A stretch of DNA of 64,000 nucleotides from Bacteroidales bacterium UBA5219 (GTDB lineage Bacteria; Bacteroidota; Bacteroidia; Bacteroidales; ML635J-15), in assembly GCA_002412425.1 (NCBI GenBank), contig DHVB01000077.1, positions 22,948 through 86,947 on the forward strand. Reading direction: 5' to 3'. Under the pieces are notes generated by a model. That model was given only the letters and a program-made list of their open reading frames with translations, was not told the DNA's origin and did no database searches. Each line of letters opens with the position of its first letter. The stretch's first letter is position 1. The position numbers and the translations under genes were made by a program. This document shows positions 1-9,820 of the stretch, one piece after another.

Positions 1-2
1 TT

Positions 3-1445
3 CAAGAAGCACAAGAAAACGAAGAAGAGCTGATGAAAAAACTTGAAGAAAGAAAAAAATCAGTTGACGAAAATGATATGCACACTCTAATTTACACTTC
101 TGGAACTACAGGCAATCCAAAAGGTGTAATGATTTCGCATAAAAATATTTTAAGTAATGCTTTAGGTGTAAAACCTATTGTACCAATAGACCACGGACAA
201 AGAGCGTTAAGTTTTTTACCACTTTGCCATATTTACGAAAGAATGTTAAATTATTGCTTCCAAATTAAAGGAATTTCTATTTATTACGCAGAAAATCTCG
301 GAACAATAGCTAATGATTTAAAAGATATTAAACCTCATTTATTTAATTCTGTACCAAGAGTTTTAGAAAAATTTTACGATAGAATTATTTCCGTAGGAAA
401 AAATTTGAAAGGAATAAAAAAATGGATATTCTTTGCAGCAGTTAGATTAGGAACGAAATACGATGACAAAGGAAAAAACTCTTTAATGTACAGATTCAAA
501 TTAGGTATTTATAGAAAATTAGTATTCAACAAATGGAAAGCTGCCTTAGGCGGAAACATAGTAGCTGTTGTTTCTGGTGGAGCATCTTTGCAGGTTAGAT
601 TAGCAAGATTATATACTGCGGCAGGAGTTAGAGTTTGCGAAGGCTACGGTTTAACTGAAACTTCGCCTGTATTAGCAGTAAATTGGCCCGACTGGAATAA
701 ATCACGACTTGGAACTGTTGGACCCATTTTAGAAGGAGTGCAAGTTAAAATTGCTGAAGATAAAGAAATTCTTGCCAAAGGACCAAATATTATGCTTGGC
801 TATTATAAAAATGAAGAAGAAACAAAAAAAGTAATTGACGAAGATGGCTGGTTCCATACTGGAGATATTGGAGAATTTATTGATAATAAATATCTAAAAA
901 TAACTGATAGGAAAAAGGAAACTTTTAAAACTTCGAGCGGGAAATACATTGCACCACAAGTAATTGAAAACAAGTTCAAAACTTCAAACTTGATAGAGCA
1001 ATTAATGGTTGTAGGCGAAAACGAAAAATTTGTAAGTGCTCTTATTTCGCCCAATTTCAACTATCTTCATTTTTATGCCAGCAAACACAAAATCCACTAT
1101 CGCGAAAACAGCGACCTAATTAAACACTCCGAAATCATAAATAAAATTCAAAAAGAAATAAATTTAGTTAATGAGACCCTTGGCGAACATGAAAGAATTA
1201 AAAGATTTAGGCTTGTATGCGAAGAATGGTCACAACAAACAGGCGAACTTTCACCAACTTTGAAGTTGAAACGAAATGTGATTTATAAAAAATACGCTCA
1301 TATTCTTGAAGAAATTTACGGACACGGTGAAGACAAAACCGAAAAAATGGGCAAAGAAGGTCCTGGTCCAAAAGAAACTTTTGAAAAGAAAATTTCTAAT
1401 GGAATGAAAAAATTAATAAATATTTACTCATCAAATAAAGAATAA
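3..1445 (+). CDS. fadD: Long-chain fatty acid-CoA ligase (AMP-dependent synthetase), 5' end outside the window
   Basis: AMP-binding motifs YTSGTTGNPKG, EGYGLTETSP, GWFHTGDIG and DRKKETFK. The frame is open from the window start. Confidence 0.9.
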   Translation, partial: QEAQENEEELMKKLEERKKSVDENDMHTLIYTSGTTGNPKGVMISHKNILSNALGVKPIVPIDHGQRALSFLPLCHIYERMLNYCFQIKGISIYYAENLGTIANDLKDIKPHLFNSVPRVLEKFYDRIISVGKNLKGIKKWIFFAAVRLGTKYDDKGKNSLMYRFKLGIYRKLVFNKWKAALGGNIVAVVSGGASLQVRLARLYTAAGVRVCEGYGLTETSPVLAVNWPDWNKSRLGTVGPILEGVQVKIAEDKEILAKGPNIMLGYYKNEEETKKVIDEDGWFHTGDIGEFIDNKYLKITDRKKETFKTSSGKYIAPQVIENKFKTSNLIEQLMVVGENEKFVSALISPNFNYLHFYASKHKIHYRENSDLIKHSEIINKIQKEINLVNETLGEHERIKRFRLVCEEWSQQTGELSPTLKLKRNVIYKKYAHILEEIYGHGEDKTEKMGKEGPGPKETFEKKISNGMKKLINIYSSNKE

Positions 1446-1486
1446 GCCAAATCTCGGTAAAGGCTGTCTCAAAACGATAAACATAA

Positions 1487-2269
1487 ATGAACTCTGGTTT
1501 TATAAAGGTAAACAATAAAAATATTTTTTATAAATTTATTAATTCTGAATTTTTCGATAATACAGATGATGTTTTAATTTTTTTACACGAAGGCTTGGGG
1601 TCTATAGGTCAATGGAAAGAATTTCCGCAAAAATTGTCCGATAATTTAAAAATACCTGCTTTAGTTTATGATAGATATGGATATGGAAAATCAGATGGAT
1701 TAAGCGAAAGCAGAACACTAAATTATTTGGAAGAAGATGCCGAAAACTTTATGCCTCAGATTTTCAACAAACTTCTAAAACCAAATTCAAAAAAAATTTT
1801 GATAGGGCATAGCGATGGCGGAAGTTTAGCTATTTTATATGCTGCAATGTTTCCAAACGATACGAAAGCAATTATTACCGAAGCAGCTCACTTGTTTGTA
1901 GAAGAAATTACTTATAATGGTGTAAAAAAAATGTATGGTATTTTTTACGAAAAAAACTTAAAGAAAAGATTTGAAAAATATCATGGCGAAAATACTGTTT
2001 CAATGTTTCATGGCTGGCATGATGTATGGACAAACCCAAACTACTTTAGTTGGAATATAGAAAAATATTTAAAACTTATTCAATGCCCTGTGCTAGCAAT
2101 TCAAGGCGATAAAGACGAATACGGAACTTTAAAACAATTAGAATCCTTGAAAAACAATATAAAGTCTCCTTGCCAAATCGAGATAATAAAAGACTGCGGA
2201 CATATACCACATTTTGAAGCAGAGAAAGAAGTGAAAAATATTATGACAAATTTTATTATGAACTTGTAA
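1487..2269 (+). CDS. Alpha/beta hydrolase
   Basis: FLHEGLGS oxyanion region, GHSDGG nucleophile elbow, C-terminal GHIPH. Confidence 0.88.
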   Translation: MNSGFIKVNNKNIFYKFINSEFFDNTDDVLIFLHEGLGSIGQWKEFPQKLSDNLKIPALVYDRYGYGKSDGLSESRTLNYLEEDAENFMPQIFNKLLKPNSKKILIGHSDGGSLAILYAAMFPNDTKAIITEAAHLFVEEITYNGVKKMYGIFYEKNLKKRFEKYHGENTVSMFHGWHDVWTNPNYFSWNIEKYLKLIQCPVLAIQGDKDEYGTLKQLESLKNNIKSPCQIEIIKDCGHIPHFEAEKEVKNIMTNFIMNL

Positions 2270-2412
2270 TAAAGACAAACATATTTAAAAAAAATCACAA
2301 AATTTTCTTAAAACAATAGGTTTTTAATGATAAAATCCTATATTTGAGTTTTTATTGAATGGTTTTTAAATTTAAAAAATATAATTTCAAGGACGTTTTT
2401 AAAAGAATAAGT

Positions 2413-2420
2413 TATCTTTG
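2413..2420 (+). promoter_or_regulatory. Bacteroidota sigma-A -7 element upstream of etfB
   Basis: TATCTTTG matches TAnnTTTG, about 33 nt before the ATG. Confidence 0.65.
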
Positions 2421-2453
2421 TAAAAAATTAAAAATAAATAACAATTATAAATT

Positions 2454-3203
2454 ATGAAAATTCTCGTTTGTATTAGTAATGTACCTGACACCACAACAAA
2501 AATAAAATTTGACGACGGCATGAAAAGCCTTGATACCAATGGTGTTCAATGGGTTATTAACCCTTGGGACGAATTTGCTTTAACAAGAGCATTGGAAATA
2601 AAAGAACAATCATCAGGGAAAATCGAAAAAGTTTCTGTAATAAATGTTGGTCCTGTAAGCACTGAGCCAACTATAAGAAAAGCATTAGCCATAGGTGCTG
2701 ATGACGCTTTTCGCATAGACTGCGAACCAAGCGATTCATATACAATTGCCACTCAAATTGCAGAAGTAGCTAAAAATGAAAATTATGATATTATTTTCGC
2801 TGGTATAGAATCTTCAGATTGTAATTCTTCTGCTGTTGGTAGCATGGTTGCAGAATTTATGGACATAGCTTCTGTTTCGTCTGTATCTTCATTTGAATTT
2901 AATAATAGCGATATAACATTAAAAAGAGAAATTGACGGTGGTAAAGAAACTGTAAAAATTCAAACTCCTTTTGTAGCTATTGTGCAAAAAGGTATTTGCA
3001 TAAATCCTCGTATTCCAGCGATGAGAGGTATTATGATGGCAAGAACAAAACCTATAAAAGTTTCTAGTCCTGTTTCTACAGAGGCTTTATCAGAAGCTTT
3101 AAGTTTTGAAGTTCCACCACCAAAAGCTGATTGTAAAATGATTGATGCTGAAAATACAGATGAGCTGATTGAACTTTTACATAGCGAAGCTAAAGTGTTA
3201 TAA
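2454..3203 (+). CDS. etfB: Electron transfer flavoprotein beta subunit
   Basis: MKILVCISNVPDT, INPWDEFAL, RKALAIGADDA, PRIPAMRGIMMA. Confidence 0.93.
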   Translation: MKILVCISNVPDTTTKIKFDDGMKSLDTNGVQWVINPWDEFALTRALEIKEQSSGKIEKVSVINVGPVSTEPTIRKALAIGADDAFRIDCEPSDSYTIATQIAEVAKNENYDIIFAGIESSDCNSSAVGSMVAEFMDIASVSSVSSFEFNNSDITLKREIDGGKETVKIQTPFVAIVQKGICINPRIPAMRGIMMARTKPIKVSSPVSTEALSEALSFEVPPPKADCKMIDAENTDELIELLHSEAKVL

Positions 3204-3235
3204 ATTAGAGTTTTATTAAATTTAAAAATTAGATT

Positions 3236-4204
3236 ATGTCAATTATAGTTTTCTCAGAAAATAGAAGTGAAAAAATTAAAAAAAGTAGCTTAGAAGCTGT
3301 TGCTTACGCTACTAATATTTCAAAAAACACCCAACAAGCTGTTGTTTCAGTTTCTATTGGTAATGTGCCAAACGAAGAACTTGAAATTTTAGCAAAATAC
3401 GGTGCTTCAAAAATAATTTCTATCAATGCTCCAGAATGGCAAACGCATGATAGTCAAGCATATGCAAAACTTTTAAACGAAATTACTGAAAAAGAAAATG
3501 CAAGCACAATTATTTTCACAAATTCAAACATAGGTAAAGCTGTTGCACCAAGACTTTCAGTTAGATTAAAAGCTGCTTTAGTTAGTGGTATAGTTAGTAT
3601 TCCAAGTTCATACTCTCCATTAACTTTAAAACGCAAATCATATAATGGTGGTGCTTTTCAAAATGTACAAGTAAAATCGCCAAAAGCAGTTTTAACATTA
3701 AATCCAAATTCTTGCGAAGTTGTAGAAAATCCTCAAGCTGTAAATATTGAAAATTATACACCAAATACTCCTACAAATTTTCAAACTAAAATTGAGTCAA
3801 CAGATGTTACAAGTGGCAAAATTGTTCTTACCGAAGCAAGTATTGTTGTTTCTGGTGGTCGTGGTTTAAAATCTGGCGACAATTGGAAACCACTTGAAGA
3901 ATTAGCTGACGCTTTAGGTGCTGGCTTAGCATGTTCTCGCCCAGTTTCTGACGAAGGCTGGCGTTCTCACGAAGAACATGTTGGACAAACTGGAAAAATT
4001 ATTGCTCCAGACCTTTATCTTGCAGTTGGAATTTCCGGTGCAATTCAACATATTGGCGGTGTGTCTGCTTCTAAAGTTATTGTAGCAATAGATAGAGATA
4101 AAGATGCTCCTATTTTTAAATATGCCGACTACGGAATTGTAGGAGATGCTTTTGAAGTATTGCCAAGATTGATTGAGTCTGTGAAAAAATTTAAAAACAT
4201 ATAA
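3236..4204 (+). CDS. etfA: Electron transfer flavoprotein alpha subunit
   Basis: VVSGGRG, HVGQTGK and LYLAVGISGAIQH FAD-binding motifs. Confidence 0.94.
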   Translation: MSIIVFSENRSEKIKKSSLEAVAYATNISKNTQQAVVSVSIGNVPNEELEILAKYGASKIISINAPEWQTHDSQAYAKLLNEITEKENASTIIFTNSNIGKAVAPRLSVRLKAALVSGIVSIPSSYSPLTLKRKSYNGGAFQNVQVKSPKAVLTLNPNSCEVVENPQAVNIENYTPNTPTNFQTKIESTDVTSGKIVLTEASIVVSGGRGLKSGDNWKPLEELADALGAGLACSRPVSDEGWRSHEEHVGQTGKIIAPDLYLAVGISGAIQHIGGVSASKVIVAIDRDKDAPIFKYADYGIVGDAFEVLPRLIESVKKFKNI

Positions 4205-4269
4205 AATCATTTTTTTAATTCGCTCAAGATTATATTTTTGAACAAGTTTTATTTTAATTAAAATTATTT

Positions 4270-5553
4270 ATGTCACAAATTATTTTTTCTGTTCTATTAG
4301 CAATAACTTTGGGCGTTTTTGCCTATTCTATTTTCAAAATATATCAGTTATTCAAATTAACTAAGCCTGCCTATCCTGTTCGCGATTTTGGTAAAAGAAT
4401 TAAAAGAACAATCATAAACGGATTTTTACAACAAAGAATTTTCCGCAACCCTATTGCAGGTTTTATGCACGCAATGGTTTTTTGGGGATTTTGCATAATT
4501 ATTTTCGGAAGTATTGAAATGGTAATTGATGGCGTAGCTGGAACCGAAAGAATTTTATCAGTAGGCGGAATTGTTTACGATATTATAATGGCAATTGGCG
4601 ATATTTTTGCCTATATAATTGCATTATTTGTTGTGATTTTCATCATTAGACGTGCTGTATTAAAAATAAAAAGACTTAATGGCAAAGAGTTAAAACACAA
4701 AAACCATGTTGATGCTTATATAGCTCTAAGCCTTATTTTAATTTTAATGATAACTCTTGCAGGACTAAATATTTTTTACCTCGCAGGAAACAGTGATTTT
4801 GTTGGCAGATTTCCTATAAGTGAACTCATTGCTCCAATGTTTGCTGGTATGCAACCAGATACTATTAACTGTTTACACGATATTTTTTGGTGGTCGCATA
4901 TTTTATTGATTTTCCTATTTGCAAATATACTTCCTTATTCAAAACACTTCCACATATTTATGTCATTACCTAATGTTTTCTTTAGTCGTTTGACACCACT
5001 AGGAAAAATGGCAAATATGGATTCTATTACTAAAGAAGTAAAATCAATGTTAGACCCAGAAACTGCTTTTGCAGCTAGTACTGACGAAGGAAGTGTTCCT
5101 GACCGTTTTGGAATTTTAGATGTTGAAGATATTACTTGGAAAAATTATCTTGACTCTTTAACCTGTACTCAATGTGGACGTTGCACATCAGTTTGTCCTG
5201 CTAATATTACAGGAAAAGAATTGTCGCCACGAAAAGTCATTATGGATATTCGCTTGAGAATGAAAATGAAAGGACCACATTTGGTAAAAGACTCTTCTTA
5301 CTCAGATGGAAAAACTTTAATTCGTGATTTTATTAGCGAAGAAGAAATTTGGGCATGTACAACTTGCAATGCTTGTGCAAAAGAATGTCCTCTAAATATC
5401 GATCATCCTACTTTTATCTTGGATTTAAGAAGATATTTAGTAATGGAAGAGGCTGCTGCACCTGCTGCTCTTAATGCGATTTTCTCGAATATTGAAAATA
5501 ACGGTGCCCCATGGCAATACTCAAATCAAGATAGATTAAACTGGACAGAATAA
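4270..5553 (+). CDS. Membrane-bound Fe-S oxidoreductase, N-terminal membrane and 2x[4Fe-4S] part (FadF/DUF224-like)
   Basis: About 5-6 transmembrane segments with His residues, followed by CTQCGRCTSVCP and CTTCNACAKECP. Confidence 0.85.
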   Translation: MSQIIFSVLLAITLGVFAYSIFKIYQLFKLTKPAYPVRDFGKRIKRTIINGFLQQRIFRNPIAGFMHAMVFWGFCIIIFGSIEMVIDGVAGTERILSVGGIVYDIIMAIGDIFAYIIALFVVIFIIRRAVLKIKRLNGKELKHKNHVDAYIALSLILILMITLAGLNIFYLAGNSDFVGRFPISELIAPMFAGMQPDTINCLHDIFWWSHILLIFLFANILPYSKHFHIFMSLPNVFFSRLTPLGKMANMDSITKEVKSMLDPETAFAASTDEGSVPDRFGILDVEDITWKNYLDSLTCTQCGRCTSVCPANITGKELSPRKVIMDIRLRMKMKGPHLVKDSSYSDGKTLIRDFISEEEIWACTTCNACAKECPLNIDHPTFILDLRRYLVMEEAAAPAALNAIFSNIENNGAPWQYSNQDRLNWTE

Positions 5554-5573
5554 AAAATTTAAAACTTAGAAAA

Positions 5574-6365
5574 ATGAACTCAACAAAGATACAAGTACCA
5601 GTAATGGCAGAATTGTTTGCACAAGGTAAAAAACCTGAATATTTATTTTGGGTTGGTTGTGCCGGCGCTTTTGATGCTAGATATATGAAAGTTGCAAAAG
5701 CATTTGCTAAAATTTTAAACCATATAGGAACCGACTATGCTGTTTTAGGAACAGAAGAATCATGTACTGGCGACCCTGCTCGCCGTGCTGGAAACGAAAT
5801 GCTTTTCCAAATGCAGGCACTAAGTAATATTGAAATTTTCAAAATGTATGAAATCAAAAAAATCATTACTATCTGTCCACATTGTTACAACACTCTTAAA
5901 AACGAATATCCAGATTTAGGTTGCGAATGCGAAGTTGTGAATTATACCGAGTTTTTAGAAAACATGATAAAACAAGGCAAATTAAAAATTGACAAAACAA
6001 AACTTGCCAACAAAATCGTTACTTTCCACGACCCTTGTTATTTAGGACGTGCAAACAACATTTACGAATCTCCACGTTTCTTACTACAAAGTTTAGGAAT
6101 TAATTTAGTAGAAATGGAAAGAAACAGAAGTTTTGCTCTTTGTTGTGGTGCTGGCGGTGCACAAATGTTTAAAGATGCAGAAAAAGGCGATAAAGAAATT
6201 TTTATTGAAAGAACTGAAGATGCTCTTAAAACCCAAGCTGAAATTATTGCAAGCTCCTGCCCTTTTTGCATGACAATGATGACTGATGGTTTAAAATACA
6301 AAAACAAAGAAGAAGAAATCCAAAATTTAGACATCATTGAAATGATAGCTGAAGCAATGATTTAA
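5574..6365 (+). CDS. Fe-S oxidoreductase with CCG domains (HdrD/GlpC-like)
   Basis: WVGC, SCTGD, ICPHC, HDPCYLGR, CCGAGG, SCPFC. Confidence 0.88.
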   Translation: MNSTKIQVPVMAELFAQGKKPEYLFWVGCAGAFDARYMKVAKAFAKILNHIGTDYAVLGTEESCTGDPARRAGNEMLFQMQALSNIEIFKMYEIKKIITICPHCYNTLKNEYPDLGCECEVVNYTEFLENMIKQGKLKIDKTKLANKIVTFHDPCYLGRANNIYESPRFLLQSLGINLVEMERNRSFALCCGAGGAQMFKDAEKGDKEIFIERTEDALKTQAEIIASSCPFCMTMMTDGLKYKNKEEEIQNLDIIEMIAEAMI

Positions 6366-6440
6366 AGAAAAAATACTATCCGAAAATCTTTATTATATTA
6401 TCATTTTTTTTACCTTTGTAACAATACAAAAATATCTAAA

Positions 6441-8768
6441 ATGATAAAAATTATACTATACGTAGTTGCTTCATTATTAGCATTATTATTGTTTTTGCTT
6501 GCATTTAATTCTTGTCGTAGCAAAAGCAAAAATATTGAAACTCAAGATTATACACAATATGTAAATCCTCTTATAGGCACAGGCGAAATGGGACATGTTT
6601 TTCCTGGAGCCACAGCTCCATTCGGCATGGTACAACTAAGTCCACAAACTCATTTTGAACCTATGCACGATAGCTTGGGAAATTATAACAAAGATGTTTA
6701 TAAATATTGCTCTGGATATCAGTATTCCGACACTACCATCATAGGTTTTGCTCATACAAACTTTAGTGGCACAGGTCATTCCGATTTAGGAGACGTACTT
6801 ATTATGCCTACTACAAAGAAAATTAGCTCTTCTGACTTTCAATCTCCAACCGATTTCAATACATTTGCTTCTAAATTCAGTCACGATAGCGAGTTTGCTT
6901 CGCCAGGATATTATGAAGTTTTTCTTGAAAACGATTCAATTTTAGCTCAACTAACTGCCACCGAAAGAGTAGGATTTCATAAATATACTTTTAAAGATTA
7001 CAATAGTGCAAGTATTGTGTTAGATATGGTTTATAATATTTATCATCACGAGGATAAAAATGTTTGGACTTTCATTAGAGTTGAAAACGATACACTTATC
7101 ACAGGCTACCGACAAACACAAGGTTGGGCAAGAACTCGCACAGTATTTTTTAGCATTCAAACATCTAAGCCAATTATAAATTACGGACATAAAAAATTTG
7201 ACAAAACCCAATATCAAGGTTTTTACAGACGTTTCGACCAAGAAAACAACTTTCCTGAATTTGCTGGAAAAGACATAAAGGCTTTTTTTGAATTTGATAT
7301 GCAAAACGACCCTATTTTGGAAATTAAAGTAGCTTTATCGTCAGTTAGTACAGATGGAGCCATGCTAAATGCCTTAACCGAAGCACCTAACTGGAATTTC
7401 GATGAAATAAAAAATCAAACTCAAAAAAAATGGAATGCAGAATTATCCAAAATTGATGCAGAATTTATTTCTCATGAAGACAAATTAAATTTTTATACAG
7501 CTTTGTACCACACATATTTGTCGCCTATTATTTACCAAGATGTAGATAAAAAATACAGAGGCTTAGACCAAAATATTCATATAGCTCAAGACTTTGATAA
7601 TTACACAATTTTTTCTTTGTGGGACACTTATCGAGCTTTGCATCCTTTATTTAATATTATACAACCCGAAAGAAATGTGGATATGATAAAATCAATGTTG
7701 GTGCATTATCAACAAAGTGTTCACAAAATGTTACCTATTTGGAGCCATTATGCAAACGAAAATTGGTGTATGATTGGTTACCACGCTGTTTCGGTTATAG
7801 CCGATGCTATTGCAAAAGACAACGGCAACTTCGACAAAAAATTAGCATTAGAAGCTTCTGTTAGTACAGCAAATGTACGATACTTTGACGGCTTGGGTTA
7901 TTATATCGATTACAATTTCGTTCCAGACGACAAAAGCCATTCTTCAGTTTCAAAAACTCTTGAATTTGCATACAACGATTGGTGTATTTCCGAAATAGCT
8001 AAAAGTCTTAATAACAAAGCCGTTCAAGAAGAATATCTACTAAGAAGTAAAAATTTCATAAATGTATTTGACACAGTCAGCGGTTTTATGCGACCTCGCT
8101 TATCTGACTTAACTTTCAGAGAAAATTTTGACCCCTCAAATACTTCTGGACAAGGATTTATAGAAGGCAATGCGTGGAATTACGGTTTGTATGTTCCACA
8201 CGACATAAACAAAATGATTGACATGATGGGTGGTAAACAAAAGTTTGAAAACTATTTGGATACAGTTTTTTATATGCACATTGAAGATGAACAATTTGCA
8301 GACAACGAAGATATTACTCGACACGGTATTATTGGCGGTTATGTTCATGGCAACGAACCCGGACATCATATTCCATATTTATACAATTGGACAGATAGTC
8401 AGCACAAAACACAAAAACGAGTTAGAGAAATATTAAAAACAATGTATAAGCCTACTTTCGATGGATTGTGTGGAAATGATGACGTTGGTCAAATGAGTGC
8501 TTGGTACATTTTTAGTGCTTTAGGATTTTATCCAGTTTTACCCGGAAGCAGTGATTATGCAATTGGCAGTCCTTTAGTTAAAAATGCAACTATAAAACTT
8601 AATAACGGCAAAGTTTTTAAAATAGAAGTTGAAAACCAATCTGATGAAAATATTTATGTAAAAAACGTTTATATTAATGGAAAACAGATTACTGATTTTA
8701 CTCTAAATCATAAAGATATACTAAAAGGAGGAACATTAAAATTTGAAATGACCAATAAAATGAATTAA
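6441..8768 (+). CDS. GH92 family alpha-mannosidase, probable lipoprotein
   Basis: VFPGATAPFGMVQLSP, FSLWDTYRA, HGNEPGHH, GNDDVGQMSAW. Signal peptide ends in FNSC. TACCTTTG promoter box at 6411-6418. Confidence 0.92.
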   Translation: MIKIILYVVASLLALLLFLLAFNSCRSKSKNIETQDYTQYVNPLIGTGEMGHVFPGATAPFGMVQLSPQTHFEPMHDSLGNYNKDVYKYCSGYQYSDTTIIGFAHTNFSGTGHSDLGDVLIMPTTKKISSSDFQSPTDFNTFASKFSHDSEFASPGYYEVFLENDSILAQLTATERVGFHKYTFKDYNSASIVLDMVYNIYHHEDKNVWTFIRVENDTLITGYRQTQGWARTRTVFFSIQTSKPIINYGHKKFDKTQYQGFYRRFDQENNFPEFAGKDIKAFFEFDMQNDPILEIKVALSSVSTDGAMLNALTEAPNWNFDEIKNQTQKKWNAELSKIDAEFISHEDKLNFYTALYHTYLSPIIYQDVDKKYRGLDQNIHIAQDFDNYTIFSLWDTYRALHPLFNIIQPERNVDMIKSMLVHYQQSVHKMLPIWSHYANENWCMIGYHAVSVIADAIAKDNGNFDKKLALEASVSTANVRYFDGLGYYIDYNFVPDDKSHSSVSKTLEFAYNDWCISEIAKSLNNKAVQEEYLLRSKNFINVFDTVSGFMRPRLSDLTFRENFDPSNTSGQGFIEGNAWNYGLYVPHDINKMIDMMGGKQKFENYLDTVFYMHIEDEQFADNEDITRHGIIGGYVHGNEPGHHIPYLYNWTDSQHKTQKRVREILKTMYKPTFDGLCGNDDVGQMSAWYIFSALGFYPVLPGSSDYAIGSPLVKNATIKLNNGKVFKIEVENQSDENIYVKNVYINGKQITDFTLNHKDILKGGTLKFEMTNKMN

Positions 8769-8910
8769 GAATTAAGAATTGAAGAATTAAGAATTAAAAA
8801 TTTATAAATCAGTTAAAAGTGTTTAGTTAAACTTTATGAACTTTGCTTTCAGCGAGCTCGTAAACTCGGTTGAACTTTATGAACTTTACGAACTTTATAA
8901 ACTTTTAACT
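8762..8910. repeat. Composite short tandem repeat element (heptamers and nonamers, 10-bp inverted ends)
   Basis: About 6 GAATTAA-like units (8762-8803) and about 6 AACTTTA(T/C)(G/A)-like units (8830-8907). AGTTAAAAGT (8811-8820) and ACTTTTAACT (8901-8910) form a perfect inverted pair. Confidence 0.8.
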
Positions 8911-9004
8911 TATTTCAATGCCTTTTCAAATTTTATTTTTTCTTGCAAATTAAAAAAAATATATTATATTTGAAATCTAATGTTTATATTTAAAAAAGTT
9001 ATTT

Positions 9005-9775
9005 ATGGGATATCATAATATTGAATTTAAAATTGACGGAACTACTGCTCAAATTACTATGAACAGACCTGAAGCACTTAATGCTTTAAACTCTCAAGTT
9101 TTTGTTGAGCTTAATTCTGCTTTGGACGAAATTGAAAAAAACGAAACTTTAAGAGCTTTAATCATTACTGGAAGTGGTAAAGCTTTTGTTGCAGGAGCTG
9201 ACATTGCTGAAATGTCGGGAATGAACGAAAAACTAGCTTTTGAGTTTGCAAAAACTGGGCATAACACTTTTAATAGAGTTGCTAACTTAAAAATTCCTGT
9301 GATTGCAGCTATTAATGGTTTCGCTTTAGGCGGTGGTTGCGAGTTTGCAATGGCTTGCGACATTAGAATTGCAAATACTTTTGCAAAATTTGGTCAACCA
9401 GAAGTTAATTTAGGCATAATTCCTGGATATTGTGGAACACAACGCTTATCCAGAATTGTAGGTTTATCAAATGCCTTAAATCTAATATTAACTGCCGATA
9501 TGATTGATGCAAACGAAGCTTTTAGATTAGGTTTAGTACAAAAAGTTACAGAACCTGAAGAATTGCTAAACGAAGCCTATAAACTTGCTTTAAAAATTGC
9601 TTCCAAAGGTAAATTAGCGGTTGAAAAAGCTAAAGAAGTTACTGTAAAAGGTGTAAATATGAATTTTGAAGCTGCTTCTGAGCTTGAAATAAAAGAATTT
9701 TCTAAACTTTTTGGCAAACATGAATCTAAAGAAGGAATGACAGCATTTTTAGAAAAGAGAAAACCTAACTGGTAA
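9005..9775 (+). CDS. crt: Enoyl-CoA hydratase (crotonase family)
   Basis: NRPEALNAL, AFVAGADI, GFALGGGCE, FGQPEVNLGIIPG. Confidence 0.9.
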   Translation: MGYHNIEFKIDGTTAQITMNRPEALNALNSQVFVELNSALDEIEKNETLRALIITGSGKAFVAGADIAEMSGMNEKLAFEFAKTGHNTFNRVANLKIPVIAAINGFALGGGCEFAMACDIRIANTFAKFGQPEVNLGIIPGYCGTQRLSRIVGLSNALNLILTADMIDANEAFRLGLVQKVTEPEELLNEAYKLALKIASKGKLAVEKAKEVTVKGVNMNFEAASELEIKEFSKLFGKHESKEGMTAFLEKRKPNW

Positions 9776-9820
9776 ATAATAAACTAAAATAATATTTTTA
9801 AATTTAATAAAAAAACCAAC

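Noticed and set aside
4270-6365. Frameshifted or Sec-containing single Fe-S oxidoreductase gene
   Set aside because: The first ORF ends in TAA, the second has its own ATG after an A-rich spacer, and the split form is common in Bacteroidota.
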